Counted from the stretch's first letter, positions 18,753 to 28,986 are shown. The stretch is 64,000 nucleotides of DNA from Desulfuromonadaceae bacterium (GCA_046482505.1 JAWOFA010000034.1:2791-66790); one strand, 5' to 3'. Notes: generated by a model from the sequence alone, not told the origin. Made by a program: numbers and translations.

Positions 18753-19781
18753 ATGTATGAAAATCGTTCCCTCGAATACAGTAATGAACTGCTGAGCCGG
18801 ATCGCTCCAGAGGATAAAGTCCTGATCGTGACCCACGACAATCCGGATCCAGATGCGCTTGCCAGCGCATATGCGCTGAGCTACCTGGTCGAGATGGCCC
18901 GGGGGATAAAGGCGGTAATTGCATGTGGGGGAGTAGTTGGACGCCGGGAAAATCGCACGTTGATTGATAAAATAGAGATCCCTATCGAGCAGGTTGATCA
19001 GCTTGATCTTGCCGATTTTGATCATGTATGCATGGTTGATGCTCAGCCCGGGACGGGCAACAGCAGTATGGCATCTGAACGTGACCTCGGGGTAATAATC
19101 GACCACCATCCCATCCGTAACGATGCTCCCCCTGCGAATATTATTTATGACGTGCGCCCCGAGTACGGTGCCTGTGCTACCATTTTATTTGAATATCTGC
19201 ACGCACAGAATATTCGTTTAAGTACAAGGCTGGCGACAGCCATGTTTTATGCCATACGCTCAGAAACCCAGGATCTGGGGCGCGAATGGGTAGCTCCGGA
19301 TCGGCATGCCTACCTGGAACTTTTATCTCTGAGTAATAACAGAATTTTGTTTGATATAGCCCAGGCCAAGGTACCGCGCAGTTATTTTGCCAGCTTTGAT
19401 AAGGCGCTGCAATCGGCGCGCACTTATAACGATATCCTGGTGTTTAATCTGTACGATATCGATCACTCCGATATTGTAGCAGAGATGGCGGATTTTCTGT
19501 TGCGTACTGAAGGTGTCGGTATTGTGCTGGGGCTGGGGTGCATTGGAAATGAAGAGGTGCTTTCATTGCGCACCGACCGTGAGGATATTTTTGCTGGCAG
19601 GCTGGTAAGACGTTTGCTGGATGGATTGGGGACTGCCGGCGGTCACGGTATGGTTGCCGGCGGTCAGATCAAGGGGATTAGTCACACACGAGAAGCCCAG
19701 GCTGAACTGGAACAAAAACTTATATCCCGCTTGTTGGATATTTTTGAATATGAAAACATAGAAGGTCAGGCTCTTCTTTAA
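18753..19781 (+). CDS. DHH/DHHA1 family phosphoesterase (NrnA-like)
   Basis: THDNPDPDALAS (DxD), IIDHHP (DHH) and a C-terminal GGHGMVAGG (DHHA1 GGGH-like) motif. Confidence 0.78.
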   Translation: MYENRSLEYSNELLSRIAPEDKVLIVTHDNPDPDALASAYALSYLVEMARGIKAVIACGGVVGRRENRTLIDKIEIPIEQVDQLDLADFDHVCMVDAQPGTGNSSMASERDLGVIIDHHPIRNDAPPANIIYDVRPEYGACATILFEYLHAQNIRLSTRLATAMFYAIRSETQDLGREWVAPDRHAYLELLSLSNNRILFDIAQAKVPRSYFASFDKALQSARTYNDILVFNLYDIDHSDIVAEMADFLLRTEGVGIVLGLGCIGNEEVLSLRTDREDIFAGRLVRRLLDGLGTAGGHGMVAGGQIKGISHTREAQAELEQKLISRLLDIFEYENIEGQALL

Positions 19782-19985
19782 GGGTGTCTGCTTTAAATCT
19801 AACTATTAGTTGAAAGAGTTGCCTCGGCCTATTTTAAGGGGCGTCTTCTGTTTGTAATTATGGCCATCAGTGGGTCTCATTGGCGCCGTCCATGACGCCA
19901 AATGCCCTTGAAGTTGGGCTCCCACAAGCCCTCGCTTGGAAATCCCTTTTTTAACCCGACATTGTCCGGGGCGAGATTCTATCCC

Positions 19986-21053
19986 ATGCGTTTCATCTGT
20001 TCCCTAATATTTTTAAGTATCTGTTTTGCGTCTGTTCAGGTCAGCGCTGAAGTTGAGTTGGCGCGCCAGGGTCAAACCCCGCAAACGATACAAGAGGTTT
20101 ACAATGTTGATGGTGCGGCGTATCTGGCTCTTGACGATATTCTGCCAGCCATAGGTCTTTCCGGTTATTGGGACTCCACCAGGCATCAGTACTTCATCAA
20201 TCTTCCAAAAGGGAGGGCAAGTTTGTACCCCGGTGGCCCCTATATGAGGTATGGACAACGCTACATTATGCTCGATCTCCCTGCCCGTTTTATCGATGGG
20301 CGCCTGCGGATAGCGGAGCAGGTAGTTCTTAATCAGCTCGGCGATCAGCTTTCTGATGATATTTATTATCGCAATCTGTCGCGAAATAAACGAAACCGCG
20401 ATTCTGGGTCTGCAGATCAGGATCAGCTTTTTTCTTTTCTGTTACATAAGCAGTTTTCTCAGGATCGTCAGGTTTTGCGCGGAATCGCCCTGGACCCGGC
20501 ACATGGCGGGGATGATGTCGGAGTGATGGGCCTGCAGGGGATTAAGGAAAAAGATGTAGCGTTAAAGATTGCGCTGGATTTGCGCCGCCATGTCAAAATG
20601 CAGTTAGGTGCTCCTGTGTATTTGAGCCGGAATGAAGATTACACTATCAGTGACAGAGAGCGCCTGAAAACCGCGCGCGAAAACCCCGTAGATCTGCTTC
20701 TTCACCTGCATGCACAGGCTGCCTTGAACTCAGAACAGCAGGGGATTCACCTGTATGTGCGTACCAACCCTGAGGTGGATCCGCTTGTGACATTCAGCCC
20801 GGATAGCAGCATGACCCTTGCATTGCGTTTAAGCAGTGCTCTGCGCGAAGCCGGGTTTAATGTACGCGAAATCAGCAGCACCGCTTTACTGCCAATTCCG
20901 CGAGGTGATCTTCCCACAGTGCTGATTGAACTGGGATACTTGAGTAATACAGAGGATGTACATATTCTCACTAGTGAGGGGCAGCGTCAGCGTTTGGTTG
21001 CTGCGTTGCTGAAAGGTATGCAGGACTTTCACGAGAATCTAGAACCCATGTGA
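19986..21053 (+). CDS. N-acetylmuramoyl-L-alanine amidase (Amidase_3, AmiC-like)
   Basis: ORF 19902-21053; start chosen at ATG 19986 (signal peptide MRFICSLIFLSICFASVQVSA). LDPAHGGDD, LLHLHAQA and IELGYLSN motifs. Confidence 0.8.
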   Translation: MRFICSLIFLSICFASVQVSAEVELARQGQTPQTIQEVYNVDGAAYLALDDILPAIGLSGYWDSTRHQYFINLPKGRASLYPGGPYMRYGQRYIMLDLPARFIDGRLRIAEQVVLNQLGDQLSDDIYYRNLSRNKRNRDSGSADQDQLFSFLLHKQFSQDRQVLRGIALDPAHGGDDVGVMGLQGIKEKDVALKIALDLRRHVKMQLGAPVYLSRNEDYTISDRERLKTARENPVDLLLHLHAQAALNSEQQGIHLYVRTNPEVDPLVTFSPDSSMTLALRLSSALREAGFNVREISSTALLPIPRGDLPTVLIELGYLSNTEDVHILTSEGQRQRLVAALLKGMQDFHENLEPM

Positions 21054-21163
21054 GTTCAGTTTGCAATTACCTGTTTCGTATGTTCCCCCTTCGGGTAGTT
21101 AACAGTCGTCAGCATAACCTTTATCTAAAAAAGAGCCCGGGATGAAAGGGCTACAGGAGAACT

Positions 21164-21895
21164 TTGATGCAACATGGTATACGTATTGACGGACGCCAGG
21201 CCGGAGAGCTGCGTTCCGTAAGTTTTGAAACCGGATTTACCCGCTATGCAGAAGGTTCTGTGCTGATTCGTGCAGGGATGACCGCAGTATTGTGCAACGC
21301 CTCTGTGGAGGAGAAAGTTCCCCCTTTCATGCGGGGTGAAGGGCGTGGCTGGGTTACTGCCGAGTATTCTATGCTGCCCCGCGCTACCCATACCCGCAAC
21401 ATGCGTGAATCAACCAAAGGAAAGATCGGGGGCCGTACCCACGAGATTCAGCGTCTTATCGGGCGTGCTTTGCGCGCTGTAATTGATTTTGATCTTCTGG
21501 GGGAGCGTACTATCCAACTTGACTGCGATGTTCTTCAGGCTGACGGAGGAACCCGCACTGCAGCCATCAGTGGAGCCTATGTGGCACTACGTCTTGCGAT
21601 TGCCTCTCTGCTGGAGCAGGGAGTGCTTAAGCAAAGCCCGGTGGTGGATTCCGTTGCTGCCATCAGTACCGGTATTGTGGAGGATATACCCCTGCTGGAT
21701 CTTGCCTACTCAGAGGACTCAATTGCTGATGTAGATATGAACTTTGTGATTACCGGTTCAGGGAAGTTTATCGAAGTTCAAGGCACTGCAGAGACACGCC
21801 CTTTCAGCGGTGTTGAACTCGATGCTATGCGGAATCTGGCTCTAAAGGGGTGTGTGGAAATACACCAACTTCAACAAAAAGCTCTTGAAGGATAG
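21164..21895 (+). CDS. rph: ribonuclease PH
   Basis: 243 aa with [21 protein letters not shown] and [15 protein letters not shown] strings typical of RNase PH. Confidence 0.92.
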   Translation: MMQHGIRIDGRQAGELRSVSFETGFTRYAEGSVLIRAGMTAVLCNASVEEKVPPFMRGEGRGWVTAEYSMLPRATHTRNMRESTKGKIGGRTHEIQRLIGRALRAVIDFDLLGERTIQLDCDVLQADGGTRTAAISGAYVALRLAIASLLEQGVLKQSPVVDSVAAISTGIVEDIPLLDLAYSEDSIADVDMNFVITGSGKFIEVQGTAETRPFSGVELDAMRNLALKGCVEIHQLQQKALEG

Positions 21896-21897
21896 AT

Positions 21898-22488
21898 ATG
21901 CGCTTAGTTGTAGCGACCACCAATCAGGGTAAGTTGCGTGAAATAAGGCAGCGGCTTAAGGATACTACTGTCGAGATAGAAGGTCTGGAGGCTCATCCGC
22001 AGTGTAAACCTGCCGTTGAAGATGGGCACACTTTTGCGCAAAATGCGATAAAAAAGGCTCAGGCAATAGCTGAGCAGAGTGGCAAATTATGCCTGGCGGA
22101 TGATTCCGGCCTGGTAGTCGATGCTTTGGATGGTCGTCCCGGGGTGCACTCAGCGCGTTTTGCTCACGCAGAAGCCACCGATGCGGAAAATAATGCATAT
22201 CTGCTTGAATGTTTACGTGGCGTACCCGACTCCGAACGGGGTGCAACATTTATCTGTGTTATGGCTCTTTGTGCCCCTGATGGTGAGTGTCGTCTGTTTG
22301 AAGGGAGGCTTGCCGGCATGATTCTATGTGAGCCTGAAGGGGACGGAGGATTTGGCTACGATCCCCTTTTCTGGCTCCCGCAGCAAAAGATATCTCTGGC
22401 GCAGCTTGCCCTGGAAGATAAAAACCGCATAAGCCACCGAGGTTTGGCACTAACGCAAGTATTGGAATTTTTGCAACAATCAGTTTGA
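21898..22488 (+). CDS. rdgB: dITP/XTP pyrophosphatase (RdgB/HAM1)
   Basis: 196 aa with VVATTNQGKLREI, LADDSGL, GFGYDPLF and SHRG motifs. Conserved rph-rdgB pair. Confidence 0.9.
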   Translation: MRLVVATTNQGKLREIRQRLKDTTVEIEGLEAHPQCKPAVEDGHTFAQNAIKKAQAIAEQSGKLCLADDSGLVVDALDGRPGVHSARFAHAEATDAENNAYLLECLRGVPDSERGATFICVMALCAPDGECRLFEGRLAGMILCEPEGDGGFGYDPLFWLPQQKISLAQLALEDKNRISHRGLALTQVLEFLQQSV

Positions 22489-22569
22489 CTTAGAGAGGAA
22501 TATGTATTCTAATATTATGTTGATATGATTAATTGTGAAGATAGATAACGAGCGAGGATAGATACCGGG

Positions 22570-23499
22570 ATGGAAAAAAATCAGGAGCTCAACCCAGACG
22601 CTTACAAACAGATGCTTGAAGCACTTCCAGTTGGTTTGTTTTTTACAGATGCAGATGCTGAAATTAAGGTTTGGAATAAAGCTATCACAAAACAACTAGG
22701 GGTGTATGCTGCGGATGTAACAGGCCAGACACTGGATCAAGCAGGTTTGACGGCTGAAATATGTGGGCATAAGTTTCCTTCAAATGAGTGTGTTTTGCTG
22801 GAATATCTTCAAAGCATAGATACGAATGTTTCAAATTGTGAGAAACAGACATTCTGTCTGCATATTGCAGGTGCGACAGAGACTTCCGATTTTGCCTGCC
22901 AGTTGATTTATGCGGAAGATGGCTCACTGCAGGGAGTTCTCGGTATAGCTACTGAACTTCAAAACCAGGAACATTCCCACCATTGCTTAAAGAGCGAGAC
23001 TTTCGAGCCCAGCTCTGCTCTTGAAGAAGATACATTTAATGTCCTCAATACATCAGCGTTTTATGACGCTCTAAACCGGGACTGGCATCGATACCAACGA
23101 TATCAGAATATTTTTTCTATTCTGAGCCTCGAAATAGATTACTATCCCCATTTCGAAGCGGTCTTGGGTGAAAACGCTGCGAGTGACCTTATAACTCATG
23201 TAATTTCGAATATTGGATCATCCCTGCGCCGTTCGGATATTATAGGCCAGGTGGCAGCAAATCGTTTTATCATCCTTCTGTCCAACTCTGATCGTAAATC
23301 AGCTCTCAAAGTTGCCAATATGCTGTTGGATAATTTGCATCAGCAGACCTGTCCTGATCTTCCACTTGTTATGAGTGCAAGCATCGGTGCCGTATCAGTA
23401 GAAGATAAGCAATCTCTGGACAAGACGCTGGAACGGGCGGACAATGCACTTCACCGTTCGGTAGAAATGGGTCGCAATCAGGTTACTTTCTGGGGTTAA
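22570..23499 (+). CDS. PAS-like sensor + degenerate GGDEF domain protein (predicted non-catalytic)
   Basis: 309 aa. The C-terminal GGDEF fold (SIGAVSVE, ERADNALHRSVEMGRNQV) has the active-site GG[DE]EF replaced by AANRF (nt 23254-23268). RRSD sits five residues upstream (I-site position). Confidence 0.75.
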   Translation: MEKNQELNPDAYKQMLEALPVGLFFTDADAEIKVWNKAITKQLGVYAADVTGQTLDQAGLTAEICGHKFPSNECVLLEYLQSIDTNVSNCEKQTFCLHIAGATETSDFACQLIYAEDGSLQGVLGIATELQNQEHSHHCLKSETFEPSSALEEDTFNVLNTSAFYDALNRDWHRYQRYQNIFSILSLEIDYYPHFEAVLGENAASDLITHVISNIGSSLRRSDIIGQVAANRFIILLSNSDRKSALKVANMLLDNLHQQTCPDLPLVMSASIGAVSVEDKQSLDKTLERADNALHRSVEMGRNQVTFWG

Positions 23500-23676
23500 A
23501 GCCTGGCGCACAGCAAAGGTGCGTTGACTTTTGGGCAGGGTAATGGTAAAAGCCCACACCCTGATGCATTAAAAAAGTATGCCGAAGGTGCAACTTGAAC
23601 GATTAAACCTCATTTCCGCTCCCGGCGGGATCTGTTATTTTTATCAAAAACCGAACATTGGAAAGGAAGACGCTAC

Positions 23677-24090
23677 ATGGAGAAGACATTTGCAATTATA
23701 AAGCCCGACGCTTTTGCGGCAGGAAACGCAGGTAAAATTCTTGATCGTATCTACGCAGAGGGGTTCAATGTTGTAGGCCTCAAAAAAATCTATCTCAGCA
23801 AGGTTGAAGCTGAAGGTTTTTATTATGTGCATAAAGAGCGTCCTTTTTTTGGAGAACTCACAGATTTCATGAGTAGTGGTCCCTGCGTGGTGATGGCACT
23901 TGAAGCAGAAAACGCAATTATGAAATGGCGTGACCTCATGGGCGCAACCAACCCAGCAGATGCCGCTGAAGGAACCCTGCGTCGCGAGTTCGGCACCTCC
24001 ATCGGAGAAAATGCCACTCACGGTTCTGACGCTCCTGAGACCGCAGCATTCGAGCTCGGATATTTCTTCTCCGGCATTGAGCTGCTGTAA
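23677..24090 (+). CDS. ndk: nucleoside-diphosphate kinase
   Basis: 137 aa with TFAIIKPDA and NATHGSD (active-site His) motifs. Confidence 0.95.
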   Translation: MEKTFAIIKPDAFAAGNAGKILDRIYAEGFNVVGLKKIYLSKVEAEGFYYVHKERPFFGELTDFMSSGPCVVMALEAENAIMKWRDLMGATNPADAAEGTLRREFGTSIGENATHGSDAPETAAFELGYFFSGIELL

Positions 24091-24123
24091 TTCGGTAAGC
24101 TCAATCGTGCTTGATGATTAAAG

Positions 24124-24155
24124 GCCCTTCGGATACAATCCGTGGGGCTTTTTTA
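24124..24155 (+). terminator. rho-independent terminator after ndk
   Basis: GCCCUUCGGAU-aca-AUCCGUGGGGC hairpin (10 bp plus one U-U mismatch) followed by UUUUUUAAUU. Confidence 0.7.
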
Positions 24156-24219
24156 ATTCCTGCTCCAGTGTTGATAAGCGGCAGGACTTTACCCCTACAG
24201 AGACAGTGAATTTATTGCA

Positions 24220-25284
24220 ATGGGTGATACAAAAGTAGACTTGCGCGGCCTTACTTCCGCCGATCTGATAGCTTTTTTGGCTGGTTTGGGCAAAGAGCGC
24301 TTCCGTAGTAAACAGTTGATGAGTTGGATGTATAAAAAAAATGTATCTGACTTCAGTCAGATGACGGACTTATCCAAGGATCTGCGCGCGGAGCTCGAAC
24401 AGCGTGCATTCATTTCAGAATGGACTCCGGAGTCTGAAGAGGTAAGCGCGGATGGAACACGGAAATACCTGTTTCGTCTTGCAGACGGTGAAAGCATTGA
24501 GACCGTTCTTATCCCTATGGAGAGTGGTCGCTCCACTCTGTGTATCTCCTCCCAGGTGGGTTGTGCCATGCAGTGTGATTTCTGCCTCACCGGGACCTTC
24601 GGACTCAAACGCAACCTTAGCACAGCGGAAATTGTCAATCAGGTAAGTGCGCTGCGGAGTGAACACCATATTCACAATATTGTAGTTATGGGGATGGGAG
24701 AGCCGTTACAGAACCTGGATAACATGGTGAGCGCCCTTGAGATCTTCTATGACCCTGCGGGGATGGATTACAGCTCGCGCAAGATAACCCTTTCAACCTG
24801 CGGTCTCGTGCCGCAAATGCATGAGCTGGCAAGCCGTATCAACGTAAATCTTGCTATATCTCTCAACGCCTCCAATGACGAAGTACGCAGCCGGCTGATG
24901 CCGGTAAACAAGCGCTATCCATTGCGTGAGCTTATCCAGGCATGTCGTGATTTTCCTCTACATGGCAAACGCCGCATTACTTTTGAATATATCCTTATCC
25001 AGGATCTTAATGACTCCATCGCGGATGCCCGGCGTCTGGTGAAGTTGCTCCACGGGGTAAAGGCAAAGGTGAACCTGATTCCGTTTAACGAGCATGAGGG
25101 ATCGAAATACAAATGCCCCTCTGAGGAGAGTATAAACGCGTTTCAGAGTTTTCTGCTTCAGCGCAATATTGTAGCTATCCGCAGGGCGAGCAAAGGGCAG
25201 GATATCTCTGCGGCCTGCGGTCAACTTAAAGGTAAACTGGAAGCTGAATCTCACAATACCAAGAGTGTGGAAAGGACAGAGTAG
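24220..25284 (+). CDS. rlmN: 23S rRNA/tRNA adenine-C2 methyltransferase, radical SAM
   Basis: 354 aa with the CxxxCxxC cluster motif read as CAMQCDFC, MGMGEPL, and a C-terminal SAACGQL motif. Confidence 0.92.
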   Translation: MGDTKVDLRGLTSADLIAFLAGLGKERFRSKQLMSWMYKKNVSDFSQMTDLSKDLRAELEQRAFISEWTPESEEVSADGTRKYLFRLADGESIETVLIPMESGRSTLCISSQVGCAMQCDFCLTGTFGLKRNLSTAEIVNQVSALRSEHHIHNIVVMGMGEPLQNLDNMVSALEIFYDPAGMDYSSRKITLSTCGLVPQMHELASRINVNLAISLNASNDEVRSRLMPVNKRYPLRELIQACRDFPLHGKRRITFEYILIQDLNDSIADARRLVKLLHGVKAKVNLIPFNEHEGSKYKCPSEESINAFQSFLLQRNIVAIRRASKGQDISAACGQLKGKLEAESHNTKSVERTE

Positions 25285-26154
25285 ATGGCGCAAACGGTGA
25301 TAGGTGTAATTGGCGGGAGTGGTCTGTATGAACTGGAGGGATTGCAGAATGTTGAAGAAGTGCGCCTGCAGACCCCCTTTGGTGAACCTTCGGATGCATA
25401 CATTACCGGTACTCTGGGGGATGTGAAGCTGGTTTTCCTGCCGCGGCATGGACGCGGGCATCGCTACCTTCCTTCAGAGGTTCCTTATCGAGCTAACATC
25501 TACGGTATGAAGATGCTCGGTGTCGAGCAGATAATCTCGGTTTCTGCTGTGGGAAGTATGCAGGAAGAGATCGCACCGGGGCATATTGTCCTGCCCGATC
25601 AGTTTATCGATCGTACCACAGGTAAACGCGACAACACCTTCTTTGGAGACGGAATCGTCGGGCATGTACAGTTTGCCAATCCCATCTGTTCCGATTTGAG
25701 TCAGAGCCTGGCTAGTGCGGCTAAGGGGGCAGGCGCAACCCTGCACACGGGCGGAACCTATATCTGCATTGAGGGGCCGACCTTTTCAACCCGGGCGGAG
25801 TCGAACCTGTTCCGCAGTTGGGGGGTAGATGTGATAGGGATGACCAATCTGCCTGAGGCGCGTCTCGCGCGTGAGGCGGAGATATGTTACTCCACCATGG
25901 CGTTGGCCACTGATTACGACTGCTGGAACGAGTCTCACGATGACGTGTCAGTAGAGGCCGTGATGGCGATTATGCAGGAAAATATTGAGATGGCAAAAAA
26001 GATTATTGCCGCTTCAGTCGAGATCATAGGTGGTGCACGCACCTGCGCGTGTGTGAATGCAGCGCAGCACTGTGTTATGACCGCTCCGACCCGTTTCAAT
26101 CCCACAACACGTACAAAACTCGATCTGATTATCGGTAAGTATTTCAAGGAGTAG
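25285..26154 (+). CDS. mtnP: S-methyl-5'-thioadenosine phosphorylase
   Basis: 289 aa with IGVIGGSGLY, FLPRHGRGH and VIGMTNLPEARLAREAE strings of the MTAP/PNP family. Confidence 0.87.
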   Translation: MAQTVIGVIGGSGLYELEGLQNVEEVRLQTPFGEPSDAYITGTLGDVKLVFLPRHGRGHRYLPSEVPYRANIYGMKMLGVEQIISVSAVGSMQEEIAPGHIVLPDQFIDRTTGKRDNTFFGDGIVGHVQFANPICSDLSQSLASAAKGAGATLHTGGTYICIEGPTFSTRAESNLFRSWGVDVIGMTNLPEARLAREAEICYSTMALATDYDCWNESHDDVSVEAVMAIMQENIEMAKKIIAASVEIIGGARTCACVNAAQHCVMTAPTRFNPTTRTKLDLIIGKYFKE

Positions 26155-26161
26155 TTGAGAC

Positions 26162-27073
26162 ATGAGTATTTTAGCAGTTGGTTCCATGGCGTTTGACAGT
26201 GTGGAGACCCCCTTTGGCAAGGCGGAAGAAGTGCTGGGCGGTTCCGCCACCTACTTTTCCACCGCAGCGAGTTTTTTTACCCCAGTCAATCTGGTTGCGG
26301 TGGTGGGGGAGGATTTTCCTCCTGAGCATATTGAGTTCCTGCAAAACCGTGGCGTTAATACCGAGGGAATAACCCGCACCTCAGGTCAAACCTTTCGCTG
26401 GAAGGGTTCCTACGGTTACGATCTCAACGAAGCCACCACTCTGGATACCCAGCTTAATGTGCTGGCCGATTTTGATCCGCAGCTGCCGGAGCATTATCGC
26501 AATGCCGAATATATTTTTCTAGGCAACATTGATCCGGAACTGCAGTTAAATGTACTCAAGCAGGTGGTACGCCCGAAGGTTGTTGCGTGTGACAGTATGA
26601 ACTTCTGGATTGAGGGGAAGCGCGAAGCGCTGCTTGAGACTTTAAAACATGTAGATATCCTCCTCATCAATGAGGCAGAAGTACGCCAGCTGGCGCAGGA
26701 GCCAAACATGGTAAAAGCGGCCCATAAGGTGCTGGCAATGGGCCCTAATACCCTGGTGGTAAAACAAGGGGAATATGGCGCGGTTATGTTTACCCCTCAC
26801 AGTGTTTTTTCCGCTCCAGCGTATCCCCTTGAAGCGGTATTTGATCCCACCGGCGCGGGAGATTCCTTTGCCGGGGGATTTATGGGTTATTTGAGCAGTA
26901 CCAATAATCTATCAGATGAAGCTATGCGCCAGGCGATTGTGTTTGGCAGTGTCATGGCTTCGTTCAATGTAGAAGAGTTCAGTCTGGAGCGCATGCGCAC
27001 TCTGGACATTGAGCAGGTACGAAACCGGTATCGTAAGTTTCAGCTACTCACCGAATTTAAAGGGGTGGACTAA
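26162..27073 (+). CDS. PfkB family carbohydrate/nucleoside kinase
   Basis: 303 aa with GGSATY and DPTGAGDSFAGGF (PfkB signature 2). Substrate cannot be determined from sequence. Confidence 0.8.
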   Translation: MSILAVGSMAFDSVETPFGKAEEVLGGSATYFSTAASFFTPVNLVAVVGEDFPPEHIEFLQNRGVNTEGITRTSGQTFRWKGSYGYDLNEATTLDTQLNVLADFDPQLPEHYRNAEYIFLGNIDPELQLNVLKQVVRPKVVACDSMNFWIEGKREALLETLKHVDILLINEAEVRQLAQEPNMVKAAHKVLAMGPNTLVVKQGEYGAVMFTPHSVFSAPAYPLEAVFDPTGAGDSFAGGFMGYLSSTNNLSDEAMRQAIVFGSVMASFNVEEFSLERMRTLDIEQVRNRYRKFQLLTEFKGVD

Positions 27074-27097
27074 CCCCCCCCGGGACTGGAGAAAACC

Positions 27098-27844
27098 ATG
27101 CTCAGAATGATCAGCCTGCTAGTTATTCTCTGTTGTGTATGTGGGTGTGCCGCAAATGGTCCGTCCAAAAAAGACATGGCAAAATCCCACTACCAACTGG
27201 CACAGTCATACATGGCAACGCGTGACTACAGCACTGCGTTGCAGGAATTACGCGAAGGCATACGCCTGCAACCGCGCAATCACGATATGCACAACCTTAT
27301 CGCCCAGGCATATCAACGCAAAGCCGCGCTTGAGCAAGCTGAAACCCATTATTTAAAAGCACTGGAACTCAAGCCTGACGATCCCTATATCCAGAACAAT
27401 CTGGCCGCCTTATACCTGGATATGCAGCGTTGGGATGATGCCGCGACATATTTTCGTAAAGCAGCAGATAATCTGGTGTTCAAGTATCCGGTTCGGGCTT
27501 TGACCGGTTTAGGGGTGGCGCATCATCGTGCAGGTGAATATACCCAGGCGGTAATGGCGTACAAGGAAGCACTCAAACAGTTTCCTAACAACCTGACCGT
27601 GCTGAGTCTGCTGGGGCAGACTTACGCCAAAATGGAGAAGTTCTCTCTCGCGCAGGAGGCGTTTGAGCGTGCTTTGGAGATAGACCCACTTGATAATGCT
27701 CTGCGCTTTGAATATGCCAAGACCCTGCTCAAACAAGAACGCAACGACAGGGCACAGGAGGAGTTTAGAGAAATAGCCAACCGCGAAGATAAAACCAAGT
27801 TAGGTAAAGAAGCGCGCGATTATCTGAAAATGCTTGAGAATTAG
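27098..27844 (+). CDS. TPR lipoprotein, candidate type IV pilus biogenesis/stability protein (PilW/PilF/Tgl-like)
   Basis: 248 aa with a lipobox (LVILCCVCGC) and about six TPR repeats. Size, architecture and location downstream of ndk-rlmN match the pilW/pilF context known in other proteobacteria. Confidence 0.55.
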   Translation: MLRMISLLVILCCVCGCAANGPSKKDMAKSHYQLAQSYMATRDYSTALQELREGIRLQPRNHDMHNLIAQAYQRKAALEQAETHYLKALELKPDDPYIQNNLAALYLDMQRWDDAATYFRKAADNLVFKYPVRALTGLGVAHHRAGEYTQAVMAYKEALKQFPNNLTVLSLLGQTYAKMEKFSLAQEAFERALEIDPLDNALRFEYAKTLLKQERNDRAQEEFREIANREDKTKLGKEARDYLKMLEN

Positions 27845-28014
27845 GTATTACGCACATATTCAGGGGGTATTGAGTCTGGATTGAGATTACTGCCCGTTCT
27901 TGACTTCAGTTTGGCCAGTGCTATCCTTCAGACATAAGGTAAGTGTGTTCGCATTTGACAGGTAGAAGCAGCCAGGGGCGGCTCAGCTTAATTCAATTCC
28001 CAGAGTATAGTGAT

Positions 28015-28389
28015 ATGCAGAGAAAAAAAACGATATTGGTGGTTGACGATGAGGAAACCAGCAGATACTCCCTGGGTAAATTACTCGAACGGGAAGGGTA
28101 TGAAGTGGGCTGTGCCGCTGATGGCAACGAAGCCCTGAAAGAACTGCAGAGCCGGCATGTTGACTGTGTTTTGAGTGATATAAAGATGCCCGGATTGGAT
28201 GGAATCAGCCTGCTGCAGCGGATTAAGTCAAAATATCCCGACATCCATGTTATAATGATTACAGCCTACGGTGAAGTTGATGTTTATCTCGAATCTGCCA
28301 ACCTCGGGGCTTACGATTTTGTGCATAAGCCGATTAAATTTGAAGAGTTGAAGTTGGTACTTAAAAAAATAGCAGTGGTTGGTGATTAG
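28015..28389 (+). CDS. stand-alone response regulator receiver protein
   Basis: ORF 27943-28389; start chosen at ATG 28015 (MQRKKTILVVDDEE). Phospho-acceptor context VLSDIKMPG and conserved K (HKP). Confidence 0.85.
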   Translation: MQRKKTILVVDDEETSRYSLGKLLEREGYEVGCAADGNEALKELQSRHVDCVLSDIKMPGLDGISLLQRIKSKYPDIHVIMITAYGEVDVYLESANLGAYDFVHKPIKFEELKLVLKKIAVVGD

Positions 28390-28417
28390 TTGCTTTTCTC
28401 TCTATAGGAGGTTTGTT

Positions 28418-28864
28418 ATGAAAGAATTCAAGACTGTTCTGTTTGCAACCGATTTTTCTGATTGTTCCCAAAAAGCCTTTGAGTACGCGAATGCCATCTG
28501 TACTGCATCAGGGGCGCGCCTGGAGATTATTCACACCATCGGCGAGCCTGTAGATCTACGTGGTTTCTATGTTCCGCATGTATCTTTTGATGTCCTCTCT
28601 AAAGAGATTGAAGAGAGCGCCAAGAAGATGATGGATGACTTTTGCGCCGATAATTTATCTGAGTCTGACAACTATGGTACAACGGTTATATCCGGGGTCC
28701 CGCATGAGGAAATAATCAGTCAGGCGGAAAAAGTAGATGCGGATGTTATTGTGATGGGTACGCATGGGCGCAGTGGCCTTGATCACGTCCTTTTTGGCAG
28801 TACCACAGAAAAAGTGATCCGAAAATCAACTATTCCGGTTCTTTCTGTACCTAACCCTAAATAG
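28418..28864 (+). CDS. universal stress protein (UspA family)
   Basis: ORF 28379-28864; start chosen at ATG 28418. VLFATDFS, VIVMGTHGRSG and GSTTEKVIRKSTIPVL motifs. Confidence 0.88.
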   Translation: MKEFKTVLFATDFSDCSQKAFEYANAICTASGARLEIIHTIGEPVDLRGFYVPHVSFDVLSKEIEESAKKMMDDFCADNLSESDNYGTTVISGVPHEEIISQAEKVDADVIVMGTHGRSGLDHVLFGSTTEKVIRKSTIPVLSVPNPK

Positions 28865-28899
28865 CTAAATCGATTCAGGGTAAGTTATGCCTGTAGATC

Positions 28900-28934
28900 A
28901 AGGGCGAGCTCCTTTTGTGGCTTGCCCTTTTTCT
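28900..28934 (+). terminator. rho-independent terminator after usp
   Basis: AAGGGCGAGC / GCUUGCCCUU 10-bp stem (one G-U), 10-nt loop, then a U-run. Confidence 0.55.
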
Positions 28935-28986
28935 ATGTACCTTTATCAACCAAGAGGTAGAAGCAAAGGAAACTCAGGAGTTACCC

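Noticed and set aside
19782-19985. Possible sRNA or terminator in the spacer upstream of the amidase gene (hairpins TTGGCG...CGCCAA and GGGCT...AGCCC, then CTTTTTTAA)
   Set aside because: The stems are short (5-6 bp), there is no convincing promoter, and no match to SRP, 6S or tRNA features. The evidence is insufficient.
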